Shown in pieces: positions 21,381 to 32,711 of a stretch of 45,573 nucleotides of DNA. The stretch lies in contig WELB01000004.1 in NCBI GenBank assembly GCA_009602725.1, forward strand, positions 382,965 to 428,537. Reading direction: 5' to 3'. Made by a program: the position numbers and the translations under genes. The notes under the pieces were generated by a model. The model had not been told where the DNA came from and did no database searches. It saw only the letters and a program-made list of their open reading frames with translations. Origin of the DNA: Spirogloea muscicola (lineage: Eukaryota). Position 1 is the first letter of the stretch. Each line of letters opens with the position of its first letter.

Positions 21381-24300
21381 ATGGCTGCGGCGGCCGTCGC
21401 CAGCGCCCCCGCCGAGGCCCAGGCTCCGGCTCCCACGCCGCTCCCCCGCGGGATCGCCCCCCGCGTCATCCCTGCCATCTCCCACCCTTCCCCTTCCGAT
21501 GCCTTTGGCGTGGCCGCCAACATCAAGTACAATCAGGAGTATCAGCCACACTTCTCCCCCAACAAATTCGATCCCGAGCAAGCCTACTACGCCACTGCTC
21601 AGAGTGTGCGCGACGAGCTCGTCCAGGTGACGCGCACTGGCCCATCACCTGCGCCAGCCAGAGTGCGATTGTCGCCACAAGTTCCTTGATCTTATGTGTT
21701 GTCTGATGGTGTCCTCGGAGGATCGGAGACACATACACGATGTCATTCGCCTTGCGACTTGAGAGTGTTGCAATCACTGTCTTGAAGTAGTGCACAGCTC
21801 ATTGTATTACATCGACTTGATTTGTGTTGGATGATGTAGTAGCATCTGATTTGCATATTTTATTGAGGATCTGCAGCGATGGAACGAGACTTATCGCCAC
21901 TACGCCAAGGAGGATCCAAAGCAGATCTACTACATTTCCATGGAGTTTCTTCAGGGGAGGGCCTTGACCAATGCCGTTGGCAATCTCGGCTTGACTGATG
22001 CATATGGAGCTGCGCTTCAGAAGCTGGGCTATGATATGGAAGTTATCAAGGAGCAGGTTGGCTTCTGTTAAACCCGTCTAGCACGTTGTAGCAGATATGC
22101 TACTCCTTTTGACACGAAGATTTTTCTGCTAGGGTCACGAATGTCAGTGGAGGTTTACCTGAGAAGCTATCTGATATTCCATCAAAAGGAGAGCCCTGCA
22201 CTACACAGACCCTCATGATCATTTTACGTACTCATTAATGTTGCTGCAGGAAAGAGATGCAGCTCTGGGAAACGGAGGTCTAGGGCGACTTGCATCATGC
22301 TTCCTGGACTCCATGGCGACCCTTAGTTTGCCGGCAGGGGGATATGGTCTGCGTTACAAATACGGACTCTTCAGTCAAAGGATCACAGAGAAGGGGCAGG
22401 AAGAGTATGCTGAGGATTGGCTCGAGGTACGCCTAAAGACCATGACAACCAGCGAAGGCAGTCCTTTGTCAATGTTGAAATACATTGTTACACCTCAATA
22501 TTCCTCTGCTCATGATTGCTGCGGTCAGCAGATGTGGCCTCAACCAGAAATTTGTTTGGTCAACACGAAAGTCATGCTCTACATCTCCTCCTGTGTGTAC
22601 ACAGAAATATAGCCCATGGGAAGTGGTTCGGTATGATGTCGTCTACCCTGTACGCTTCTTTGGGGAAGTCCAGACTCTTCCGAATGGCAGGTACTCCAGA
22701 AGCTTTAATTTCAGCAAGGATGCTGCGTCTTCAATGCTTAGATAAGATTTGGGTCTACTTGCAGAGTTACAAACACAAATAGTTTTGCAGGAAGGAGTGG
22801 ACCGGAGGGGAGGTGGTGCAAGCCCTGGCATATGACGTTCCAATCCCTGGCTACAAGACCAAGAATACCATCAGCTTGCGTCTGTGGGATGCTCGTGCAC
22901 CACCATACAAGTTTGACTTGTATGCTTTCAATGCTGGGGAGCACGAGAAGGCTGCACAGCTCCATGCTAAGGCTGAGCAGGTCCAACGCCTTAGGCTCAG
23001 CACCTGCTAAAATTGGCAAATGCTACAGGAGTTGCCAACATCTCAATCAGCTGCTCTTAGAAGAAAATAGCCTACATTCTGAGTGGCTACCTTACACGTG
23101 CTATGTGTTTCTTTGCAACAGATTTGTGCAGTCTTGTATCCTGGGGATGCAACAGAAGAGGGGAAGCTGTTGCGCTTGAAGCAACAGTATCTTTTGTGCA
23201 GTGCTTCACTGCAGGTACACATACCAAAAGCACCCAGAACACCATTGGCTCCTCCTTTTGCAATGCCAAGTGCTTACATGTCAATTGATGTATGTCAAAA
23301 GTATACTGTTAGCTCAGGTTTGCACCTGATGTGGTGATCGCATGCTTGTTTGTACCGCTGTGGATGGCATTTCCAGAGCTTGTTCCTAAGCTCAAGCAAG
23401 TGTCTATTCTGACTGTGTTGTGCAATCATAACAGCAACATGAGGCCATTTTCTACCGGTAACAGTAATTGCGATTGGTGTGAACGGCAGTAAGAACGTCA
23501 GGAAGTCGCTCATGTCCCGCGCTGATGATATTGCAGGACATTGTCAATACATTCAAATTGCGGAGGCCACCTGGGCAACCAATCAACTGGTCAGATTTCC
23601 CACACAAAGTGGCTGTGCAGATGAATGACACTCACCCTACACTTTCCGTCCCGGAGCTGATGCGCCTTCTCATGGACCAGGAGGGCCTCTCTTGGGCAGA
23701 TGCCTGGGATATCACCAGCAAGTAAGAAAAGGACAGACTGATCAGGAGGCATTGTGTTGCTATATTTCTCCAAGAGTGTCAACAACTGTATGCATCTGGG
23801 TGTGTAATGGCCAGGTTACTGAGGCAGGTTCTGATTGTCTGTTTCACTACAGCACCTGTGCTTACACCAATCACACAGTCCTACCAGAGGCCCTCGAGAA
23901 ATGGCCGCAGGCTGTGCTCACGAAGCTGATTCCGCGAATCATGGAGATCATTACGGAAATTGACAAGCAGGTCAGAACCAGTGCCCACTGGGAAAATTTG
24001 CAACATCTTGATTTTCAGCAATGTCAATTGGTAGTTCCAGTCAATTGGCAGATATTCTGGTCGTTGGCCTGTCCACTCATTAGTGGAAGTTTTGGTATGT
24101 GACAGTTCCTTGACATGGTACGCAGCAAGCGTCCAGACCTGGAAGATCAATTGAAGGACCTACAGATCCTCGATAGCTCAAATGCCGAGAAACCTATAGC
24201 CCGTATGGCCAATCTTTGTGTGGTAGCAGCTCATGCGGTGAGAAGTTACGCTGAGAGCTTGGCAGCACATCATTTCATGCTGACCCTGCTTTTTCAACTA

Positions 24301-26468
24301 TCACACTGGTGTTGGTGCAAGATGACATGTACGCAGATTAAGTCACTATCACAGAATGTCAGTGTGTGTGACTCAGTATTGTGCATGTTTGTATCAACTG
24401 GTTCGTGATGAGTAAAGCCCTGCGCTGCCAAAGTTAAACAGTGTACTAAGTGTCTCCTTGTCTTCTTGAAGAAAGACATCTACGCACTGACTCCATGTAC
24501 AATTCACTGCAGGTGAACGGAGTTGCAGAGATTCACAGTGATATCCTGGTAAAGGAGCTGTTTGCAGGTTACTACTCACTCTTCCCCCACAAGTTCCAAA
24601 ACAAGACCAATGGAGTGACACCAAGGCGGTGGTTGCGCTTCTGTAGCCCCGAGCTCAGCTTCATCATCTCGAAATGGCTGCAAACTGAGGACTGGGTTAC
24701 AAACCTTGACCTGCTGACAGGACTTCGCAAGGTGCTCACTGACTCAGAGCTTGTTGGCTTTAGCTTGCATCCATGAAGTACCAGGTACTCACCATCAGTC
24801 ATATCCGCATCCTTTACTAATACACTGATCATGGTACCTTTGTCTATGCAGTTCGCAGATGATGCTACTCTGCACAAGGAGTGGGCTGCAGCAAAGATGG
24901 CAAATAAAGTGCGCTTCGCTTACTACATTAAGCAAGTGACAGGAGAGACAATCGACCCAAACACAATGTTCGACATCCAAATCAAGAGAATTCACGAGTA
25001 CAAACGTCAGCTTTTAAACATATTGGGGGTTATTTACCACTACAAGAGGCTCAAGGTGAGAGCTGCTTCATGCCATACATACCTTTAATAGTCTTCTTGC
25101 TGAAGGGCTCTTTTTCTGGGAAGTACATAAAGCTTGTACAGATCTACCTACCAATTGTCTGGCCAAGTAGGCAGGAAGTTGCTGACTTGTCCCCCGCATT
25201 ACTTCTGCCATTGCAGGAAATGAGCACAGAGGAGCGAACTGGCGTTGTTCCCCGTACAGTGATGCTCGGTGGCAAGGCTTTCGCAACTTACTTGCAGGCT
25301 AAGCGCATCGTCAAGCTTGTGACTGATGTTGGCCGCGTGGTGAACAATGACACGGAGATCAGCCCTCTACTGAAGGTCAGTAAGTTCATACCTGAGACAT
25401 TGGTCAAGCTGGAATGTAATTACACCACCTTACCTTGCGCGTGACATCGATGATAACGTTTTGCAGATGCTTTGGCATTCATGGTACAGCATTGTTGCAA
25501 TGGCAGGACACTCAGGTCAGCTTAGCATCGTTTGAGTGCTGGTTTGGTGATTGCAGGTGGTCTTCATTCCCAACTACAATGTCACAGTAGCGGAGCAGGC
25601 AATCCCAGCTGCAGAGCTCTCACAGCACATCAGCACTGCTGGAATGGAGGCCAGCGGAACAAGCAACATGAAGTTCGCTCTCAATGGCTGCCTGATCATT
25701 GGCACCCTGGATGGAGCCAATGTGGAGATCCGGGAGGAGATTGGGGCTGAGAATTTCTTCCTGTTTGGTGCCAAGGCTGGCGATATTGCACGTCTTCGGA
25801 AGGAAAGAGAGGCAGGACAGGTAGGCAGGCTATGCCATGGAGCTCATTCATACTTGTGCTGTGAGCCTTTTCTGAGCTGCATATTCTATATACAATGATG
25901 AGGCTCCTGCACTTTGTTTTCATGCATTCAGCACAAGTGCTTGCATTGACATGCTCCTGACACAATTTAGTTGCTGCTTGCCTTGACATGCTCCTGACAC
26001 AATCTGGTTGATGTTTGCTATGCAGTTCACACCTGATCCACGTTTTGAGGAGACAAAAGCATACATCCGAGCAGGTACCTTTGGCACTGAGGATTATGAG
26101 CCACTTTTGGAATCTCTTGAGGGGGACTCTGGCTACGGCAGGGGAGACTACTTCCTGGTGGGGCACGACTTCCCATCATATCTTGCTGCCCAAGCTGAAG
26201 TGGACAAGGCTTACAGGCAAGTTCGACAACACCCTGATTGTCATAGTAATACCTGTGGTCATTACAAGGACTACAACCCAGTCCGATACGTCAAGCTGGC
26301 ATGCTGAGGTACTCATCGTGAGGTTCTCGTCATTCCTGCAGTGACAAGGATCTATGGAACAAGATGTCCATCCTCAGCACAGCTGGAAGTGGCAAGTTCA
26401 GCAGTGACCGCACCATCCTGCAGTACTCCAAGGAGATCTGGAATGTCAAAGAGTGCCGTGTGCCCTGA
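21381..26468 (+). CDS. PHS2: Alpha-glucan phosphorylase, cytosolic H isozyme; 15 exons
   Basis: [85 protein letters not shown]-lysine motif [14 protein letters not shown] and GKFSSDRTI. No transit peptide and no plastid L78 insertion ([17 protein letters not shown] is contiguous). Last intron 26217-26341 uses a GC donor. Confidence 0.97.
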
Positions 26469-26589
26469 GTAGCTGCCGTGACGCATGTAGCAATCCTGCT
26501 ACAGCTCCAGCAGCAGTGGCGGGCTTTCATTCAGCATTTGCAATAACGAGAGTGAAGCAAGTCAGCTGTGGCCCTGCATAAAAATAGGA

Positions 26590-26789
26590 AGCGGCTGCTG
26601 ATATGAAAGAATCGGCTGTGAAAAGCCAGCCAGATGCATACAGGTGTTCATGACGGAGCCAAAGGCTAGGCAGACAGGGCGCCCTCAATACCCCCGTGTC
26701 AGCAGTAGGAAGTCAGATGAGCTGAGGGGAGGAAGAGCAACCCCGCTGCGCAAGCCAGAGGCTGCTGCAAGGGCGCGACCAGCGCGGCG
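26590..26789 (+). mobile_element. About 200-bp solo module of the interspersed repeat family
   Basis: Near-identical to 4696-4772 followed by 4384-4509. It lies about 120 nt after the phosphorylase stop codon. Confidence 0.85.
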
Positions 26790-27277
26790 AAAATGCATGG
26801 AGCTCAAGCCCATGCCTGTGTTGCTAACCACTGTGCAAAGCTTGCACAATGCGTGATGGGCTTGAGGTGTAGCGGCAGCCAACTGGCCGCTGCCATGTAC
26901 CTCTCCTTCACTAAGCAAATGCTCTTCCTTAAGGGAAGCTCCTGTCCGCTTCACGTGACATTTTAGGTGGGGCTTGACAGTCATGTATGACTAAGTAGAT
27001 GGCTTAGCAAGAAACAGCGCTTCCGAAATGGCAAGAGGGTGCCACGCTCGAAAGGTGGCGGCTATACGGGCTGGTTCACGCAATGGCACCCACGAAGGGA
27101 TGGGGCGAGGCTGACGGGGAAGCTGCCTATTTCCTTCTTCCTGACGTCTGGGGACTGCCATGCCGGCTCGTCGCCGATCAGCCGCGCGGTAACGTCGCGA
27201 ATATAAGACGTCAGAGAGATCGGCTGACGACTAGCCTTCTCGACGTAAAAGGCGCCTACGGCCATCTTACAGCGGCC

Positions 27278-29520
27278 ATGGCGCTCCCTGGCGGCGTCAT
27301 CGCCCTCAAGCGCCAGGCGCGGCGCGAGCGCGACGCCGCCGCCGCCGCCGCCGCCGCTGCCGCCGCCGCCGCTGCGCCAGGCGAGCAGAAGGCCCGTGAG
27401 TGCGGCGACGCGGACGAGGGCCCTGAGGACGACTACGACGACGACGACGACATGCTGCCACGCGCTCTGCGGGCGTGGAGCCAGGGCCGCCATCCTGCCG
27501 GAGGCGGCGGTGGCGGCGGCGGCGGCTCCGGAGGCGGCGGCGGCGGCGGCGGCGGGCGGCGGCCGGCCAAGAGCTACTGCTGCGAGCTCTGCGGCGCGGC
27601 CTTCAGCAAGCCGGCGTACGTGGTGCAGCACATGCGGTCCCATACTGGCGAGGTGAGCGAGAGACCCCGATAAGAAGCCACCCCCAGCCCTGCCCGCATT
27701 GCCGCCGCCGCCGCCGCCGCCGCCTCCGTCGCTGTCGCTGATCACTTGCGCCGTGTGCGATGCCGCCGCTGCCGCCGCCGGCATCGTGCAGAGGCCGTTT
27801 GAGTGCCCGGCGCCGGGCTGCGAGCACACGTACATCCGACAGGACCACCTGAAGCGGCACATGCTGGGGCACGAGGGCCAGCTGTTCGGCTGCACCTTCG
27901 CCGACTGCGCCGTGCAGTGCACCAACCAGTCCAACCTCAAGCGCCACCTCAAGCGCCACGCCGCCACCGGCCTGCGCGCGCACACCTACACCTGCACCGC
28001 CGACGGCTGCGGCAAGCGGTTCAAGTACCTCAGCTTCCTCGCCACGCACCGCATCAGGAAGCACGGTCAGCTCGGGACGCTCTCGTGGCCGGGCCGGCTC
28101 CGTCTTTGCTTGCAGGGCGAGCTCAAGGGCCATGCGGCCTGCAGCCGTCCTACACTGCAGTGGGTTTAAGCTTTGTGACAGCCACGGACGATTGGCCACG
28201 TTCTTCAGGCTGCTGATCAGCATGTGGCATGGCCTCCTTGCAGAAAGGAGGCTGAATGGCTGCCTCTGCTCGCTCTGCAATGACGACTTCCAGAACCAGA
28301 GGGACCTGATGGCACATCTCAAGGAGGCGCACGGCCTGGTGAGGTGTCGCCGGTGTGGTGAAGCCTGCTCCAAGTCCTTGCTCAAGGAGCACCGGAACTC
28401 CCACAAGGCCGAGGAGCCGTACTTCTCCTGCAAGATCGAGGGGTGCCACCAGACCTACACTAAGGCAAGCATTTCTCACGTTCTTGATTGCCCTGTCGAC
28501 GATGTTGTAGTACTTGAACACACCCGAAGCAATCGTGCAAGTGCAAGTTAGAGGTGACAAGGAGATGAAAGAATGAGGGGAATTCTGAACAGATCAAAGT
28601 AGAGCTACTGCGCACTGGCTGAGTGTTAGGAGGAAGAAGGATACATGGAGGTTGATTGCAAGTTGCTAGAGACAAGAACGTCTACGGAGAGGACAGGGGG
28701 GCGATTCATTGCAGCAGAAATAAAGTAGGGCAGATTGTGGTACCGAGTTTGTTCAGAAGATGCTCCACTTTCTGCCTCAAGATGTTCATAGTGCAGGGAG
28801 ACTGGCATGTGAGACTCTTAAGAATAACATATTTGGCATTCTTCCTCAGTGCTCCTTAATCCACCAGTTTGTTTAGTTACTGAGGTGATATTGCAGCTTG
28901 TCTTCTCCGTGTGCAGTTAACAGTTTACACTTAAAAACATGCCTTGACGTCCACTAGCGCCGTACACTCGATGCAGCACTCAATCCTCTGTGGCTCCTCT
29001 TGCTTGCAGCTATACAACCTCAACCAACACATGAGCAGTGCGCACTTAGACTTGAGACCTTTTGCGTGCTTCTATCCGGGCTGTGGAAGGCGCTTCACTT
29101 ACAAGGCTGTCCGAAATCGTCATCAGCGGAATGTCCATGCAGACCTTGACTTGGTGAGTTTGCCTAGCCTGCAAACCTGCCTCGATGACGTGTTGCACAG
29201 AACATATCTGTCTGTCCAAAGATCACAGCCCTTCGTTTCATACAGCCAATAGCAGGGACTTGAGGCCCTCACCTGTTTGATAGGACTGCAACACATCATC
29301 ATGCAGACACGACACATTGTGCTTTGCCATGCTAAGACAGAGACTTACGTGTTGACCTTGTCTTGAGCAGCTTGCATTCCAAGAAGCAGATGAGAAGGAG
29401 AGGGTAACTCGGGCTCAGACAGGCCGGAGGAGAAGAGTCGAAATACTTGAAGATTTACTCCCCAACCCAGATGCAGAGATGTGCACCATTTTAGCTGAGG
29501 CCCTAAGCCCTAAACCCTAA
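27278..29520 (+). CDS. TFIIIA: Transcription factor IIIA (5S rDNA/5S rRNA-binding C2H2 protein), 8 fingers; exons 27278-27652, 27792-28065, 28244-28464, 29010-29153, 29371-29520
   Basis: Finger sequences match recalled plant TFIIIA fingers 2-9: C.LCGAAFSKPAY..QHMRSH, Y.RQDHLKRH.L.H.G.LF.C, GCGKRFKY.S.L, L+EH..SH, CKIEGC...YTK..NL.QHM..AH..LRPFAC.YPGCG.RF.YK.VRNRH, and a C-terminal F.EADE...R...G.RR tail. An in-frame upstream ATG at 27083 is also possible. Confidence 0.88.
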
Positions 29521-29528
29521 ACCCTAAA
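29501..29528 (+). repeat. Interstitial plant-type telomeric repeat (CCCTAAG + CCCTAAA x3)
   Basis: Read directly. It is the complement of TTTAGGG and overlaps the TFIIIA stop codon. Confidence 0.9.
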
Positions 29529-30655
29529 TAATCCAAAACCAAGTAGAATTAATATCTGTTATTAGGCATTTTGTACAGTACACGGTAAAGGATGTCGAGT
29601 TGAGTCTCCTCCTGTTGCTGGCTGCAAATGCTGGATCCTGTGTTGCACACAGGGGATAGGTCACTCCTCCATCCGTTCAAACATGTAGCTCCAAGTTGTT
29701 TACTTTGTGTCCTTCAAGGATAAAATTTTCAAGGTATTGAGCCTGGAAGAGCAGTAATTATTAGAGTTCTAGCGAGATGGCAAAGCTTCCTCGGGCAGGA
29801 CTCCTATGATTGAGAGCTGCCTCCCTCAGAACACAAGCGGGTAAGCCACCAGATCCATTTCAAAGACTGCTATATCTGTATCCAAGATGACAGGTGCATC
29901 ATGCAAATTTTAAGTATGTAGAGCTGTTGATTCTCAACAAGCTCCAGCCGGCTTCCATTAGTACTGTAAACATCCCCGTATGAAATGCATCCTGGGTCAA
30001 TCGGGCCACAAAAGGCGTTTTGTTTGCTGTATCTAGAATGTGGCTCACTGGACCCCCTGACCTCTCCGGCCCACAACCAGAGCTTCCTTCACGCCTTCTG
30101 CAAAAGAATTTGACAGTGGTTGTCAATGTCCCAGTCCAACAATCCGTATGAGGTCATGCATTCCCAGGGTCAAGGGACTACTAGCTGGCAGGCTGCCGAA
30201 TGTGGGCCCAATGGGCTGCGAATCTTCAGGAGCAGCTGTGGCCACCAGCCCAACCGCAAATGCTAAGAGTGACCGCTTCAGGATGTTGTCATATTTGCAT
30301 CTCCATCAATCTGCAGAGCTCTACACCCCTGCCAGTCCCCGCTTACTGCTTGGACCAGTATGCTAAGACCCTCTCAGGCAGCACAGTAGGGCATTGAGAA
30401 TGCTTGAAGAGAGTTGGGGAGACCACACGGTCAGACCATTGCGTAGCAATGTCGAGCGCTGCTTGTATATAGGAGCCTCTGAGACTGGACTGCCCACCCG
30501 CTGCTGATGGGTGACCGCAGCGGAGATGGTGCAAGCATGCAGGTGGTGTTGTCTCATAGACTCTCTATGACACAGAAAAGCCAAGCAATGGAGCACGTGT
30601 AGTGAGAAAGGAGGGACTTAGCGTTGCTCGTTGCTCCTGGAAGTACTTGAGCTGA

Positions 30656-32459
30656 TCATGCAGCTGCTGCAGGACACTGCAGTTTGACCTGTGGCCTGCT
30701 TGGCGGAGGCCTTGAATAGCTGGGGGGCAGGAAAGACTGCTTCAACTGGCAAGATCGAGCATTGACCGCGAACTCACCTCGGGGGTCATCAATGACCGAG
30801 TGCGACGTTGGCTGCTGGCGGCTGAGCGCCTCCCGTACCTCCACCACGACAAGCTTGGTCAGGAAGAGCGCAGCCGCCAGTGCCGCGAGCATGAGCATGT
30901 AGAAGACATTCTTCCACGCATCATCGCCGCCGAGCTCCGACAGGAAGCCAGTCAGGAGCGGGCCGAGCGCGGCCCCAATTGAGCCGGTCCCGTCGATGAT
31001 GGCCGTCACAGTGGCCAGCGCCCGGGAACTAGACTTGAGCGAAGGGTGCGTGCCGAGGTCGGCGGAGACGGCGGTCGTGATGAGCGCGTACGGGCCGTTG
31101 ACGAGCACCCCGGCCAGCATCATGAGGCCGATGTTGAGGGGCATCGACACGTGGCCGAATGCGGAGTACGCCCACAGTGCGGGGATGGCAAGGTACGTGA
31201 ATGCCGCTGCCGTGCAGGCGCGCGCCTGGAACCGGTCCGACAGCTGGCCGGCGACTATGCCACCCACCACGCCGCCAACGTCGAACAGCGTGGAGAGGTT
31301 GCCAGCCTGAGCATCACTCAGAGATCTGCCTGCGATTTCTGCGCAAGCGCAACCTGACGTGTTAAGCTCTAAGCTCAGCACCGTGATTGCCCAACGCAAA
31401 TGCAGCTAGCATATAGGTGGGTGCTGCAAGCACGACGCATCTGCATGGACTCTGGAAACTTCACGGTGATCTTGTGGCGTGGCAGGCAGCTTCGGTCCTC
31501 ACTGGTGTGCCGGATGTAGTAGGGCAGCCAGTAGAGGAACGTGTACGCCACGAGCTTGGCGAAGAAGAGGCAGAAGGCGAAAGGCGCGACGCCGGGGATG
31601 AGCCAAGCGTCGGCGAACGAGATCGGGGTGCCGGGCTTCGCCGCCACCGGCTTGGGGAGGCCGGGGGCCGAGGCCGGCGCCGAAGCCCCCGGCGCGGCGA
31701 GGAGCTGCGCCTCCTCATCCGGGGCCGCCGTCGCCGCGGCGGGCTCGGCGGCCGGCACAAGGCCCACGTCCGCGGGGTGCGCGACGAGGCAGAGGTAGAC
31801 AACGGCGCCGCAGGCGATGTGAGCGGCGCCGGGGAGGACGAACGACCAGCCCCAGCCCCAGGAGAGCGCGCGCGCGGCGACGAGCGAGCCCACGATGTTT
31901 CCGATGGAGGTGTGGGAGTTCCAGACGCCGAAGACGAGGCCGCGCTTGCCCTTGCCGTGCCAGTTGGCCATGACTGACACGACGCACGGCCAGCCGGTGG
32001 CCTGCAGCAGGCCGCTGACGACCTGGACGGCGATAAAGTAGGCGAGCGAGTGGATGCCGAGGAACTGGGCGGCGCCGAAGGCGCAGACGGCGGTGCCGGA
32101 GGCGGCCATGCCGGCGGCCAGGAACAGGCGCAGGTCGATGCGGTCGCCCACGGCGCCCGCGGCGTACATGCCCGCCGCGTACGACGCCAGGAACGCCACG
32201 TCCATCTCGCCCAGCAGGCCCTTGCCCAACCGCCCGTTGAACGGCGCCCAGCCGCCGCCGCCGAGCCCGGCGGCGGCGGCGGCGGCGGCGCCGCCGTTGT
32301 CGTCGGGGTCCAGCACGCTCTTGACGATGCTGGGCGGCTTGCGGGACGCGTGGTACGACGCGTACGCCACGAAGGTGAGCGCCAGCACCGCCGCCTGGTG
32401 CGCCTGGTAGCTCGCCTCCCTGCCCCGCAGCCGCCGCAGCAGCCGCACCGCCGGCGGCG
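30656..32459 (-). CDS. G3Pp: MFS glycerol-3-phosphate/sugar-phosphate transporter (G3Pp, SLC37A-like); exons >32459-31503 and 31338-30778, 3' exon uncertain
   Basis: [92 protein letters not shown] and [14 protein letters not shown]. The start codon is lost in the poly-A/gap. A donor at 30777 suggests a further short exon. Confidence 0.93.

Positions 32460-32711
<252 letters not shown>

Noticed and set aside
25893..26000. Intronic C/D-box snoRNA (ATGATGA...CTGA) in a PHS2 intron; similar boxes at 24404-24490
   Set aside because: No terminal stem or recognisable rRNA antisense element. The CTGA motifs coincide with a local 21-bp duplication or branch points.
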